DNA from: Alphaproteobacteria bacterium
GTDB lineage: Bacteria > Pseudomonadota > Alphaproteobacteria > JBILKX01
Assembly (NCBI GenBank): GCA_044376435.1
Contig: JBILKX010000003.1
Location: forward strand, 1 to 52,520
Reading direction: 5' to 3'
DNA: 52,520 nt
Below the pieces are notes generated by a model. That model was not told the DNA's origin and made no database searches. It saw only the letters and a list, made by a program, of their open reading frames with translations. Shown here one piece after another: positions 41,135-49,786 of the stretch (positions within the stretch are counted from its first letter, which is position 1; every line of letters starts with the position of its first letter). The translations under genes and the position numbers were made by a program.

Positions 41135-42256
41135 TTAGGCAGCGAATTTAATACCTTTGATGGCATCAAAATTAATAACGTCGCCCCCAACACGTTTAGT
41201 AATATAAAGCTCGACATAGGGCTTGGCGGTAAAAGGATCACGTAGAATCCGAATGCCTTGGCGATCAACAATTTGGTAGGCAGACTTAAAATCGCCAAAC
41301 AATATGCTGATGCTGTTGTCTGCAAGCGTCGGCATTTCATCGCAGCAGACGACCGGATATCCTAAAAGCGTATCGGGGGTGAGGGCTTGCAGCGATGGCT
41401 GCCATAGGTATCCCGAATGTTCAAACCGTAAACAGCGTACCTCAGCCAGGGTTCTGCGCGACATGAGCCAACACGCATTCGCAAGATAGTTGGTTTCGAG
41501 CCACTCGATGGCCTTGATCAGGACATTGGCAGGGTTATCTTCATGGAATGCGCCAGCCTTGCCAGTTTTGATAACACCGATCTTGCCCCAAGGATGTTCG
41601 TGAACGGCGGGTGTGGTGGGGTAGCTGAGGATGCCGCGGGGTTGGCGCAACCCATCTCCGTAGATAAAGGCGTGATTTTCAAGCTGAGCAAGGCGGTTTG
41701 ATACTTTATCGACGAGCCAGTCTTCAATGTTGATACATGCATCATCTAACAGTTTCTGAGTGGCGCGACAGCGAGCGTAAAGTTCATGGACCGGAATGCG
41801 AACCTTGGCAAGTTCTGGCGTCTTAGTTTCAGGACGCGCTTCAGTTTCTGTAACCCAGCCAGCATCGGCATAGTCTTTATCGAGGAGCATTTCCACAGCA
41901 TCGCTGGTAATGGTTTCAACGCGCATAAGTCGGCGCAAGGGCGATAGCGTGCGGGTTGTGCTGATAATTTGCGCCAGCATTTCTGGGGGTACTGCATAGC
42001 CACCATCTGGATCATTTTGCACGGATAAATTCTTGTATTGGCGTAAGCTGTCATCGTTGCCTTGGCGAATATAAGTTAGAAAAGCCGCCTTCATCGTCTG
42101 GCTATCGCTGGGCAGTGGTTGCGGGAGGAGGTGAGGGGCTTGAGCGAGTTGGCTTAAGCGTTGATGGGCATAGTCCACTGTTTGCGTAAGGCGCTCAAGT
42201 TTATCACTTAGATGTGATTCCTGGGCTTCAAGAGTCGAGAGGTTAGGAATGGGCAT
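41135..42256 (-). CDS. Stand-alone major capsid protein from an internal start (373 aa)
   Basis: AAGGAGA-TATCAAT-ATG at 42256, in frame (Met165 of the 537-aa ORF), located at the domain boundary. Confidence 0.7.
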   Translation of the reverse strand: MPIPNLSTLEAQESHLSDKLERLTQTVDYAHQRLSQLAQAPHLLPQPLPSDSQTMKAAFLTYIRQGNDDSLRQYKNLSVQNDPDGGYAVPPEMLAQIISTTRTLSPLRRLMRVETITSDAVEMLLDKDYADAGWVTETEARPETKTPELAKVRIPVHELYARCRATQKLLDDACINIEDWLVDKVSNRLAQLENHAFIYGDGLRQPRGILSYPTTPAVHEHPWGKIGVIKTGKAGAFHEDNPANVLIKAIEWLETNYLANACWLMSRRTLAEVRCLRFEHSGYLWQPSLQALTPDTLLGYPVVCCDEMPTLADNSISILFGDFKSAYQIVDRQGIRILRDPFTAKPYVELYITKRVGGDVINFDAIKGIKFAA

Positions 42257-42736
42257 ATTGATATCTCCTTGTTTGATTTGGGTGATGGTTGCGTGTTGGT
42301 TGGCAGGATAGGTGACGAGTGAGATTTCATGGAGGTTCACAGCGGTGAGAACGCGGCATTGCGTTGTAACATCGATGTGTGACTCAACAGGCGTAAATCC
42401 AATTGAGAGTCCATTAAGGGCTTGAGCTTTGAGTAAGGCATGTGCTTCAAGGCCTTTTTGCACTGACATTAAGAGCTTGCCATGGACAAAAAGCCCGATA
42501 TTATCTTCGCGAATGTCAATCCAAGTGCCAATCGGCTGTGTTGGATCGTGCTGCCAAAGAAGTTTTGGCCACAGCTGCTGCTGGTGACACTGCTCAAGTG
42601 TTTTGCGGAAGGCGCCGGGCGCAACCCGTTCCTTTTGCTGGTCGGTAACATTGAAGACACTGGCGTACCCATAAAACGTGCCACTTTCTTCTAGATGCTT
42701 TAGCGCCAGAGCAGACCAGAATTTACTTGGCGTCAT
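41135..42736 (-). CDS. HK97-family prohead protease fused in frame to the major capsid protein
   Basis: Protease: FYGYASVFNVTD, LLWQHDP..PIG.W, GLSIGF, EISLVTYPAN. Capsid: DGGYAVP, ATQKLLDD, AFIYGDG...PRGIL, LLGYPV, ILFGDF, RDPFTAKP, KRVGGDV. No stop codon lies between them. Confidence 0.92.
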   Translation of the reverse strand: MTPSKFWSALALKHLEESGTFYGYASVFNVTDQQKERVAPGAFRKTLEQCHQQQLWPKLLWQHDPTQPIGTWIDIREDNIGLFVHGKLLMSVQKGLEAHALLKAQALNGLSIGFTPVESHIDVTTQCRVLTAVNLHEISLVTYPANQHATITQIKQGDINMPIPNLSTLEAQESHLSDKLERLTQTVDYAHQRLSQLAQAPHLLPQPLPSDSQTMKAAFLTYIRQGNDDSLRQYKNLSVQNDPDGGYAVPPEMLAQIISTTRTLSPLRRLMRVETITSDAVEMLLDKDYADAGWVTETEARPETKTPELAKVRIPVHELYARCRATQKLLDDACINIEDWLVDKVSNRLAQLENHAFIYGDGLRQPRGILSYPTTPAVHEHPWGKIGVIKTGKAGAFHEDNPANVLIKAIEWLETNYLANACWLMSRRTLAEVRCLRFEHSGYLWQPSLQALTPDTLLGYPVVCCDEMPTLADNSISILFGDFKSAYQIVDRQGIRILRDPFTAKPYVELYITKRVGGDVINFDAIKGIKFAA

Positions 42737-43922
42737 GGGCAATCTCATTCTTAAGGTTCGGAATCATATCGCCGCCGCTCACAGGCGGGTAGCCGACGGC
42801 GCGGCGTTTCTCATTGATGGTCAGAAAGTCAGCTTGATTAAGCCGCTCCCACACCCCCTCCCGACGGGCGACGAGGGCTGGGATTGAGTCAATCGCGTAC
42901 CGAAAGCGCAAACCATTCTCAAAGCTTGGGAGCAACCAGCGATTCATTTGCAAGATAATAGAATCAAGAAGTGGCAAAATCGTGTCTTCCCATAAATGCA
43001 GCCTCGCTTCGCGATAATTAGCAAAGGTTGCATCGCCGGTGACGCCAACGAGCATGGGGGGGATGCCATAAGCTTGAGCGATCTCGCGTGCTGACATATT
43101 TTTACCATCGAGGTAGTTCATATCTGCAAGCGAATGGGCGATTTCTTTCCACTCAAAATCGCCATCAAGAAACATCACCTGGCCCGCATTATGGGTGGCC
43201 TGGTATACCGAGCGAAATTGATGACGCAAGTAATCACGATCTTGTTCATTTAAAGGATGCTCGCCGCGATAGATCATGACACCAGAAGGGCGACCCCCGT
43301 TTTGGAGAAGCGCAAGGTTGTGCTTTGAAACGCTTGTATGTTGATCAATTGAAAGCGCTGCGGCCTCGATAGGGCTTAAGCCGTACCAATCATTCAGGGG
43401 GTGAAAGTAGCGTAGGTGCAGGACATCCGCGGCAGGGATTGTCCGTTGATTGTACATATTAGTATACGTATACGCTTGGACGACCTGTGCAGCATCAGGA
43501 ATCACCCGGACTCTGTCAGGTCGCAAGGGGCGTAATTCCATAATATGGCCATTGGCGTGACGGATCGCTTCAATATAACTATTACCAGCCAGGAGGAGAT
43601 AGGCCGTCACGCTTTCAATAAAGTTGCTGCGTGCCTGTAAGCTGTTAGGCTTATTGATAAGCTCTAAAGCAGGGTGTTTTATGATCTCGTGTTGTTGCTT
43701 ATATAGCTGCCAGCGAACACTAGCCGCAGAGCGCGCCAAAAGGTTAACAGCACGATAGACAATGATATTTTTCTGGTACCCATCTTGAGCGAGTTGATCG
43801 TAGGCGCGCGGTGTCCAGGCGGGGGCCGCGAGGGGCTTATAGGCGGCGAGGGTTTTACTTTGGGAAGGGCGCGATCGAAAGGTGCGGGTGACTTGGTTGA
43901 CCCAGTGTTTAAATAAAGGCAT
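42723..43922 (-). CDS. HK97-family portal protein
   Basis: GYQKNIIVYRAV, LLAGNSY, LRPDRV, VLHLRYFHPLNDWYGLSP, NGGRPSG, AREIAQAYGIPP and LTINEKRRAVGY motifs; AGGAGAG SD. Confidence 0.95.
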   Translation of the reverse strand: MPLFKHWVNQVTRTFRSRPSQSKTLAAYKPLAAPAWTPRAYDQLAQDGYQKNIIVYRAVNLLARSAASVRWQLYKQQHEIIKHPALELINKPNSLQARSNFIESVTAYLLLAGNSYIEAIRHANGHIMELRPLRPDRVRVIPDAAQVVQAYTYTNMYNQRTIPAADVLHLRYFHPLNDWYGLSPIEAAALSIDQHTSVSKHNLALLQNGGRPSGVMIYRGEHPLNEQDRDYLRHQFRSVYQATHNAGQVMFLDGDFEWKEIAHSLADMNYLDGKNMSAREIAQAYGIPPMLVGVTGDATFANYREARLHLWEDTILPLLDSIILQMNRWLLPSFENGLRFRYAIDSIPALVARREGVWERLNQADFLTINEKRRAVGYPPVSGGDMIPNLKNEIAHDAK

Positions 43923-43935
43923 AAATTCTCTCCTA

Positions 43936-44017
43936 TTAAATTCAATTTAAGATTGATATAATGCATATTAATAAAAGTCAATGCATAAATGTAAAATTTT
44001 AATTAAATTGTTTTTAA
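43936..44017. promoter_or_regulatory. Two TTAA-N7-TTAA (CtrA-like) boxes upstream of the portal gene
   Basis: TTAA ATTCAAT TTAA at 43936-43950 and TTAA ATTGTTT TTAA at 44003-44017. Confidence 0.45.
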
Positions 44018-44122
44018 TGACGCGTCGCGTGAAAGTTTTAAAAGATGTTTTGCTTTTTTCGTGTTGCCAAACACGCTATTTGATAAATTCTAGTTGTTTT
44101 TCCCTGCAGAAAAAGGTATATG

Positions 44123-44285
44123 TACCCAATCCAAATGGAAAAGCGGAGAATTTGAGAGAGGGAATTTGGCTCACCACCAAGCTTGAAAAACCGCCCATAT
44201 CGTGAGATACGGAAGGCTTTTTCAAGCGCCGGTCGAGGGTCATAATTCCCCGCTCAAAAATCCACTTTTCCATTTGGATTGGGTA
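44123..44285 (+). mobile_element. Full-length MITE-like family A element (163 bp)
   Basis: Perfect 21-bp TIR TACCCAATCCAAATGGAAAAG, imperfect to ~45 bp, plus an inner IR GCTTGAAAAA/TTTTTCAAGC. No transposase is encoded. Confidence 0.9.
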
Positions 44286-44392
44286 TGCATGGCAGCGTCG
44301 GGCGGATCGGCCCAAGAGCGATCGCCGTGCTGGGGGACAGCCTGGACATCAAGGGCATCGGCGCGAGCCGAATCGGTAAATCAAAATTTACC

Positions 44393-45142
44393 TCACCACT
44401 CTACGTGCGTTACCAGCTGAAGCATTTGATCATCTTCTTCGATGTTCCACACTCCAGATTTCTGAGCCTGCATGAGGAGATTAAGCATCCTCTCTGTTAG
44501 TTTTTGCTGCTTATAGGTACGCACAACTGATACTATGTACCACGCTGCATAAGAGAAATCACCCAAAATATCAAGCACATTACGACGGTCTCCAAAGTAT
44601 TGCTTTATTATCCTGTTGATACAATATATGTCTATAGAAGGTATCAACAAATAATACATTGGATTATCCAGATGATCTACGACAAGCGTGGTATTATCTT
44701 TAATCTTATCTAGCGTCAAATTTAGTTTATACGGGACCGCAAATCCATACAAGGATAGAGCGATACCACTATAACTCACAGCTAGTTTAGGTAGTATTTT
44801 TAGGAGCATTATAGGGGTAGAATCCGTATCTTTAATATTTTGCCAATGATCCACCGTTTCAAGTAAAAAACATGTTGACGCTATTAGGCTTAAGGCATGC
44901 TGGGCAAACTTAAGCAATCCCATCTTCGCAGGTAGCGGGATGTTTTTTGATTTGATTTGAGCGATTTGAATCCCATCTTGATTTTCTCCTTCTCCCACCG
45001 ATTGAGGTCTAGTTTTGACTTGCAAAGTAAGGTTGCTTTTTACCAAATCCCCCCAATGCCAGGCTAAAGCAGCGTTAGATGCTCCTAGAACCCCCATTAT
45101 CCCCAACAGTCCTAATGAAAAAGCTTTTTTAAACAATGACAT
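44393..45142 (-). CDS. Orphan protein with signal peptide and several hydrophobic helices (249 aa)
   Basis: Start MSLFKKAFSLGLLGIMGVLGASNAALA at 45142 after AGGGAG. The longer 45370 start overlaps ettA. Confidence 0.75.
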   Translation of the reverse strand: MSLFKKAFSLGLLGIMGVLGASNAALAWHWGDLVKSNLTLQVKTRPQSVGEGENQDGIQIAQIKSKNIPLPAKMGLLKFAQHALSLIASTCFLLETVDHWQNIKDTDSTPIMLLKILPKLAVSYSGIALSLYGFAVPYKLNLTLDKIKDNTTLVVDHLDNPMYYLLIPSIDIYCINRIIKQYFGDRRNVLDILGDFSYAAWYIVSVVRTYKQQKLTERMLNLLMQAQKSGVWNIEEDDQMLQLVTHVEW

Positions 45143-45221
45143 ATTGAAAATCTCCCTAAATACAAATTCCAGATAATCTGTATACTTACTATTTAGGTAC
45201 TTCTCTTTACTAGTCAAGGGC

Positions 45222-46898
45222 TTAACGTGACAGGGGCTTATACCGCACACGTGTGGGCTGGTCGGCCTCGCTGCCGAGGCGACGGCGGCGATCTTCAACA
45301 TAGGCCTCGTAGTTCCCCTCGAACCAGACAACCTGACTCTCACCTTCAAAGGCCAAGATATGTGTGGCAATGCGATCCAAAAACCACCGATCGTGGCTCA
45401 CAATAACCGCACATCCCGGAAATACCAGCAGCGCTTCTTCAAGGGCCCGCAGTGTATCAACATCCAGGTCGTTGGTCGGCTCGTCCAACAGCAGCACGTT
45501 AGCATTGGATTTAAGCATAAGCGCGAGGTGGATACGGTTACGTTCTCCACCAGAGAGCTGACCAACGCGTTTTTGTTGATCAGTACCTTTAAAATTAAAC
45601 AGCGCACAATAGGCACGGCTTGGGATCTTACGCACCCCCAAATCAATCTCGTCCTGGCCTTGGGCAATCTGCTCCCACACAGTTTTGTTCGGATCAAGAA
45701 CGTCGCGCGACTGATCTACATAAGCCATTTTCACAGAATCACCAATGATAAGCCGGCCACTATCGGGGGTCTCTTGCCCGGTGATCATGCGGAATAATGT
45801 CGATTTCCCCGCGCCGTTGGGGCCAATCACACCCACGATTCCCCCTGGAGGCAGACGAAAATCCAGTTTATCAATCAACAAGCGATCGCCAAATCCCTTA
45901 CTGACGTGCTGGGTTTCGATCACGGTATTCCCCAGGCGTGGGCCAGCGGGAATAATAATCGGCAATGCTTCGTGCGCTTTTTCATTCGTTTGGGCGACCA
46001 ATTGCTCATACGCTTGGATGCGTGCCTTACTCTTGCTCTGTCGCGCCCGAGGTGACTCACGAATCCAGGCTAACTCACGCTGCAGCAGTTTCTGACGCTC
46101 GGTTTCTTGCCGTTCCTCCTGCATGAGGCGTTTTTGCTTTTGCTCAAGCCACTGGGAATAATTACCTTCAAAAGGATGCGCCGTGCCACGATCAAGTTCA
46201 AGAATCCAGCCGACAACATTATCCAAAAAGTACCGGTCATGGGTAATCAGCACCACTGTCCCTTTATACTCTTGCAAATGGCGCTCCAGCCAAGCCACAG
46301 ACTCCGCATCAAGGTGGTTGGTCGGCTCGTCCAATAATAATAAATCAGGCTTCTGCAGCAGCAGCTGACAAAGGGCCACCCGCCGCTTCTCACCACCGGA
46401 TAAACGGTCGACACGACTATCCCCAGGGGGGCAGCGTAGCGCATCCATCGCAATTTCAACCGTGCGGTCAATATCCCAGCCGTTGGCCGCATCAATTTGT
46501 TCCTGCAACTCAGCTTGCTCAGCCAGGAGTGTGTTCATCTCATCGTCCGTGAGCTCCTCCGCAAAGCGCATGGAGACTTCATTGAAGCGATCTAACAGGT
46601 CTTTAACGGGCTTTAACCCAAGCATCGCATTTTCATGCACACTTAAAGCGGGGTCTAATTCAGGCTCCTGGGGAAGGTACCCAACCTTCAGCCCTTGGGC
46701 CGCCCACGCTTCACCGCGGAATTCTTTATCCCACCCAGCCATGATTTTGAGCAGTGTTGACTTACCGGCGCCGTTATGACCGATCACACCAATCTTGGCT
46801 CCTGGCAAAAACGAGAGCCAAACGTCTTTGAGGACTTCACGGCCACCAGGATAAGTTTTACCCAAGGATTTCATGACATAAGTATATTGGTAAGACAT
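45222..46898 (-). CDS. ettA: Energy-dependent translational throttle ABC-F protein
   Basis: [21 protein letters not shown], two ABC domains, linker [20 protein letters not shown] and C-terminal WFEGNY. Confidence 0.96.
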   Translation of the reverse strand: MSYQYTYVMKSLGKTYPGGREVLKDVWLSFLPGAKIGVIGHNGAGKSTLLKIMAGWDKEFRGEAWAAQGLKVGYLPQEPELDPALSVHENAMLGLKPVKDLLDRFNEVSMRFAEELTDDEMNTLLAEQAELQEQIDAANGWDIDRTVEIAMDALRCPPGDSRVDRLSGGEKRRVALCQLLLQKPDLLLLDEPTNHLDAESVAWLERHLQEYKGTVVLITHDRYFLDNVVGWILELDRGTAHPFEGNYSQWLEQKQKRLMQEERQETERQKLLQRELAWIRESPRARQSKSKARIQAYEQLVAQTNEKAHEALPIIIPAGPRLGNTVIETQHVSKGFGDRLLIDKLDFRLPPGGIVGVIGPNGAGKSTLFRMITGQETPDSGRLIIGDSVKMAYVDQSRDVLDPNKTVWEQIAQGQDEIDLGVRKIPSRAYCALFNFKGTDQQKRVGQLSGGERNRIHLALMLKSNANVLLLDEPTNDLDVDTLRALEEALLVFPGCAVIVSHDRWFLDRIATHILAFEGESQVVWFEGNYEAYVEDRRRRLGSEADQPTRVRYKPLSR

Positions 46899-46937
46899 AA
46901 CGCGACGTTTCTGTATTTAGAGGTATAAGGGAAAGTA

Positions 46938-47014
46938 TGGTGGGCCCGGCAGGACTTGAACCCGCAACAACTCCGTTATGAGCGGAGGGTTCTAACCAAT
47001 TGAACTACAGGCCC
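46938..47014 (-). tRNA. tRNA with CAT anticodon, most likely tRNA-Ile2 (lysidine)
   Basis: 77-nt cloverleaf with acceptor GGGCCTG/CGGGCCC, anticodon stem CTCCG/CGGAG, loop CTCATAA, T-loop TTCAAGT and encoded CCA. It lacks initiator features. Confidence 0.92.
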
Positions 47015-47027
47015 GAACTCAGATTTG

Positions 47028-47055
47028 AAGATACCGTTTTTCTGGAGAACGTCAA
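47028..47055 (-). promoter_or_regulatory. Sigma70-like promoter for the tRNA (possibly also ettA)
   Basis: The minus strand reads TTGACG-N16-TATCTT, ending 13 bp before the tRNA. Confidence 0.55.
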
Positions 47056-47205
47056 GTAGAAAAATAGCTTATATTCGTAAAGACACTCATAAAAGCGCCA
47101 TAAATTTACAAAAAAAATTTAGGGTCGAAGCAAGATATCCCTCCCATAAACTGTGAGACTTTACAGATAAAGGGAGGGGTTCAACAACGGCAAGCTTTTT
47201 ACAGA

Positions 47206-47817
47206 TTAGCAGCAACAATATGACTCTGGTCTATAGCTGCCATCGGGAATCTTAAACTTCTTGCCGTTGTTATCCCCACAATTACGCATCCCGCATAACA
47301 GCACAACCAAGAGGCGATAGGCACAACACCCAATAATGATTGCCCCGACAAGCGACCAAACTGCGGGGACACCAAACTGAATACCAGTAGCGGCTTGGGT
47401 CGCATCGACATCACTAATAAGAAATGAAAAAAAGAAACCTTGTTGCCCAGTTTCCACAGCCTTCTTAGTTTCCTCAGCGAATTGTGGCCCCGGAGTAACA
47501 AGTGCTGTCACCAGATAAATAACCGCAAGCGACGTTAAACCGCATCCCCAGCCCCAAGTTTGCATGAAGGCTCTAGACCCTAGGCATCCGTAGGCTTTTT
47601 CTTTGCGTGTGACGATGTCTCCCACCTCCAAAGTTTCTCCAACGTCTCCTCCAGAGGCATAAGCTGGAGGATCCATAGTTAAAGAGACTGGACGACCTTC
47701 CACGATAGATGGAAGTTCAATGCTAAACCTGCTCTCACCAGTGCCCTCACTAGCCGTTAACTGAGTGGTGACCGACAGCAAAGCTAAACTCAATACAATA
47801 ATTTTGTTAAACAACAC
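47206..47817 (-). CDS. Orphan protein with signal peptide, two TM helices and a Cys-rich C-terminus
   Basis: GTG start after GAGGAGAGGG; N-terminus MLFNKIIVLSLALLSVTTQLTA; two hydrophobic helices; ends ...SYCCC. Confidence 0.75.
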   Translation of the reverse strand: MLFNKIIVLSLALLSVTTQLTASEGTGESRFSIELPSIVEGRPVSLTMDPPAYASGGDVGETLEVGDIVTRKEKAYGCLGSRAFMQTWGWGCGLTSLAVIYLVTALVTPGPQFAEETKKAVETGQQGFFFSFLISDVDATQAATGIQFGVPAVWSLVGAIIIGCCAYRLLVVLLCGMRNCGDNNGKKFKIPDGSYRPESYCCC

Positions 47818-47858
47818 TTTTCCCTCTCCTCAGTGTAAAATTTAAAAATTTTTCGTTC

Positions 47859-48169
47859 TATACCCAATCCAAATGAAAAAGCGGAGAATTTGAGAGAGGG
47901 AATTTGGCTCACCAGTAAGCTTGAAAAACCGCCCATATCTCGTCGTCGGCCCTGAAGAATCCACTCTGTGGACATCTACTTTGTCAAAGTTGCGCCCTGA
48001 ATGCTCACGTACATGTACGTACGCTCCGCGTCAGTGCTCACTTTTCCTCGTATATGCCTCACGCATTGGATTCTTGAGAGCCGACTAGATACAAAAGGCT
48101 TTTTCAAGCGCCGGGAGTGGGTCATAATTCCCCGCTCAAAAATCCACTTTTCCATTTGGATTGGGTATA
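47859..48169 (+). mobile_element. Family A MITE carrying a nested family B element
   Basis: TATACCCAATCC...GGATTGGGTATA ends. It is colinear with 44123-44285 except for a ~145-bp insert at the central apex. Confidence 0.9.
47943..48087 (+). repeat. Palindromic element family B (full length, nested in A)
   Basis: Ends GTCGGCCCTGAAGAATCCA / TGGATTCTTGAGAGCCGACTA; core ATGCTCACGTACATGTACGTACGCTCCGCG. Confidence 0.88.
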
Positions 48170-48501
48170 CACGTAAGATTACGTTCGTTCGATATTAAAG
48201 CTTGTTCTATTAATAAAGCCCAAAATTTCATCTTCATAAGCCCGAAAATTAACACAACAACTTTTAGCATCTAACTTCAAGCACAGTATACTACACAGAC
48301 GCCCTAAAAAACAAATATTTAATACAAATATGAAATAAATTTAATGTTAATAGAGTAAAAAAATTTTCATATATACAGTTTTTTAATGCCTAGCGATCAA
48401 TTAACCATTTATTTTTTTCGCATGAGGAAATATTTACGATTTGTTAAAAAATTTCTCCGATACTACCAAGATTATAGGAATTATGAAGAGAGGATTTCAC
48501 G

Positions 48502-49521
48502 ATGGCACAAGGCAGGAAGAAAGTAGCACTCGCCCTACAAGGCGGCGCTTCACACGGCGCTTTTACATGGGGAGTTGTCGATCGCTTACTCCAAGATGGA
48601 CGTATTGACATTGAGGGAATTAGTGGCACAAGTGCTGGGGCTATGAATGCTGCAGCGATTGCGCAAGGGTTTATTAAAGGTGGAGAAGAAGGGGCTCGTG
48701 CAGAGCTGCGCCGCTACTGGCAAGCTGTAAGCTCTCTTGGCTCTACGTCGCCGTTCCAGCCCAGCCTTATTGATCTAATGATTGGCAAACATGGCGTCGC
48801 TCATAACCCCGGCACAATTTTCATGAATATGTTAGGGCAAATGTTTTCTCCTAAACAATTGAATCCTCTCGGCATTAATCCATTTAAGTATTTCCTAGAG
48901 GGATTTTTTGATTGTAAAAAACTCTCGGAATCTGACAAAATCAAGCTGTTTTTATGCGCAACCAACGCACGCACCACTAAATTGAAGATTTTCGAAAATA
49001 AAGAAATTACTCCTGATGCGATGTTAGCGTCCGCCTGCTTGCCCTTGATGTTTGAGGCTGTAGAGATCAATGGCGAACACTATTGGGATGGCGGCTATAT
49101 CGGCAATCCCGCAATTTATCCATTGATTAATAAGTGCGACTCGCAGGATATTATTGTTGTCTTACTCAGCCCTGTCCACATTGATCAGGTCCCTGAGACT
49201 AAAGAGCAGATTACAGCTCGGCTCAATCGTATTACATTTATCAGTACCATGGTGCGTGAGATGCGTATGATTGACTTTGTCACCGACCTTATTGATCAAG
49301 GGGCGATAAAATCTAATAAACTCAAGCGCGTTAACATGCACATCATCCAAAATGAAGACTTCTTCTTAGGGTTAGATGAATCAAGTCACTATAATACACA
49401 ATGGTACTTCTTAGAACACTTGTACCAAGAAGGTGTCCGCACTGCAGAACGTTGGATCAAAGAAAACTTTGACGACATTGGACGTCGCAGCACGGCAGAT
49501 CTTCAAGAGCTCTTTGAATAG
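48502..49521 (+). CDS. Patatin-like phospholipase/esterase
   Basis: ALQGGASHGAFTWGV, GTSAG nucleophile, ASACLP and YWDGGY motifs. Confidence 0.92.
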   Translation: MAQGRKKVALALQGGASHGAFTWGVVDRLLQDGRIDIEGISGTSAGAMNAAAIAQGFIKGGEEGARAELRRYWQAVSSLGSTSPFQPSLIDLMIGKHGVAHNPGTIFMNMLGQMFSPKQLNPLGINPFKYFLEGFFDCKKLSESDKIKLFLCATNARTTKLKIFENKEITPDAMLASACLPLMFEAVEINGEHYWDGGYIGNPAIYPLINKCDSQDIIVVLLSPVHIDQVPETKEQITARLNRITFISTMVREMRMIDFVTDLIDQGAIKSNKLKRVNMHIIQNEDFFLGLDESSHYNTQWYFLEHLYQEGVRTAERWIKENFDDIGRRSTADLQELFE

Positions 49522-49533
49522 TAGGAGACTGCA

Positions 49534-49773
49534 ATGAATAACCGTATAATCGCTTTATTAGTAACCACTCTGTGGCCACTCACAGGGTTGCACGCCGGCA
49601 AGCCAAGCGCGCCAGTCCCAAACAACAAACCCGTATCATCAGTAAATAATACAGCACCAGAAGCAACTCCGATAAGTCCAGAGAATGAAACTCTGCACCA
49701 CGATGTTACACCAACATCACCAGAAGCACCGGCACCCGTGCCTGCGCACAGCCCGAGTGTTGTGAGCGAGTAG
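49534..49773 (+). CDS. Small secreted Pro-rich protein (79 aa), possibly a truncated gene
   Basis: AGGAGA SD; signal peptide MNNRIIALLVTTLWPLTGLHA; the remainder is P/T/S-rich. Confidence 0.6.
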   Translation: MNNRIIALLVTTLWPLTGLHAGKPSAPVPNNKPVSSVNNTAPEATPISPENETLHHDVTPTSPEAPAPVPAHSPSVVSE

Positions 49774-49786
49774 GCCGTCGCTCCGT

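Noticed and set aside
45143-45370. N-terminal extension of the 44393 ORF overlapping ettA
   Set aside because: A better SD and signal peptide begin at 45142, so the extension is an incidental open frame.
35169-47014. Prophage integrated at the tRNA
   Set aside because: No integrase and no duplicated tRNA 3' end were seen, and the core gene ettA lies between the tRNA and the capsid genes.
46938-47014. Initiator tRNA-fMet
   Set aside because: Position 1-72 is paired (G-C) and the anticodon stem lacks the three consecutive G-C pairs.
47859-48169. CRISPR array or integron attC cassettes
   Set aside because: The repeats are dispersed, with no regular repeat-spacer period, no cas or integrase gene, and no consistent RYYYAAC/GTTRRRY ends.
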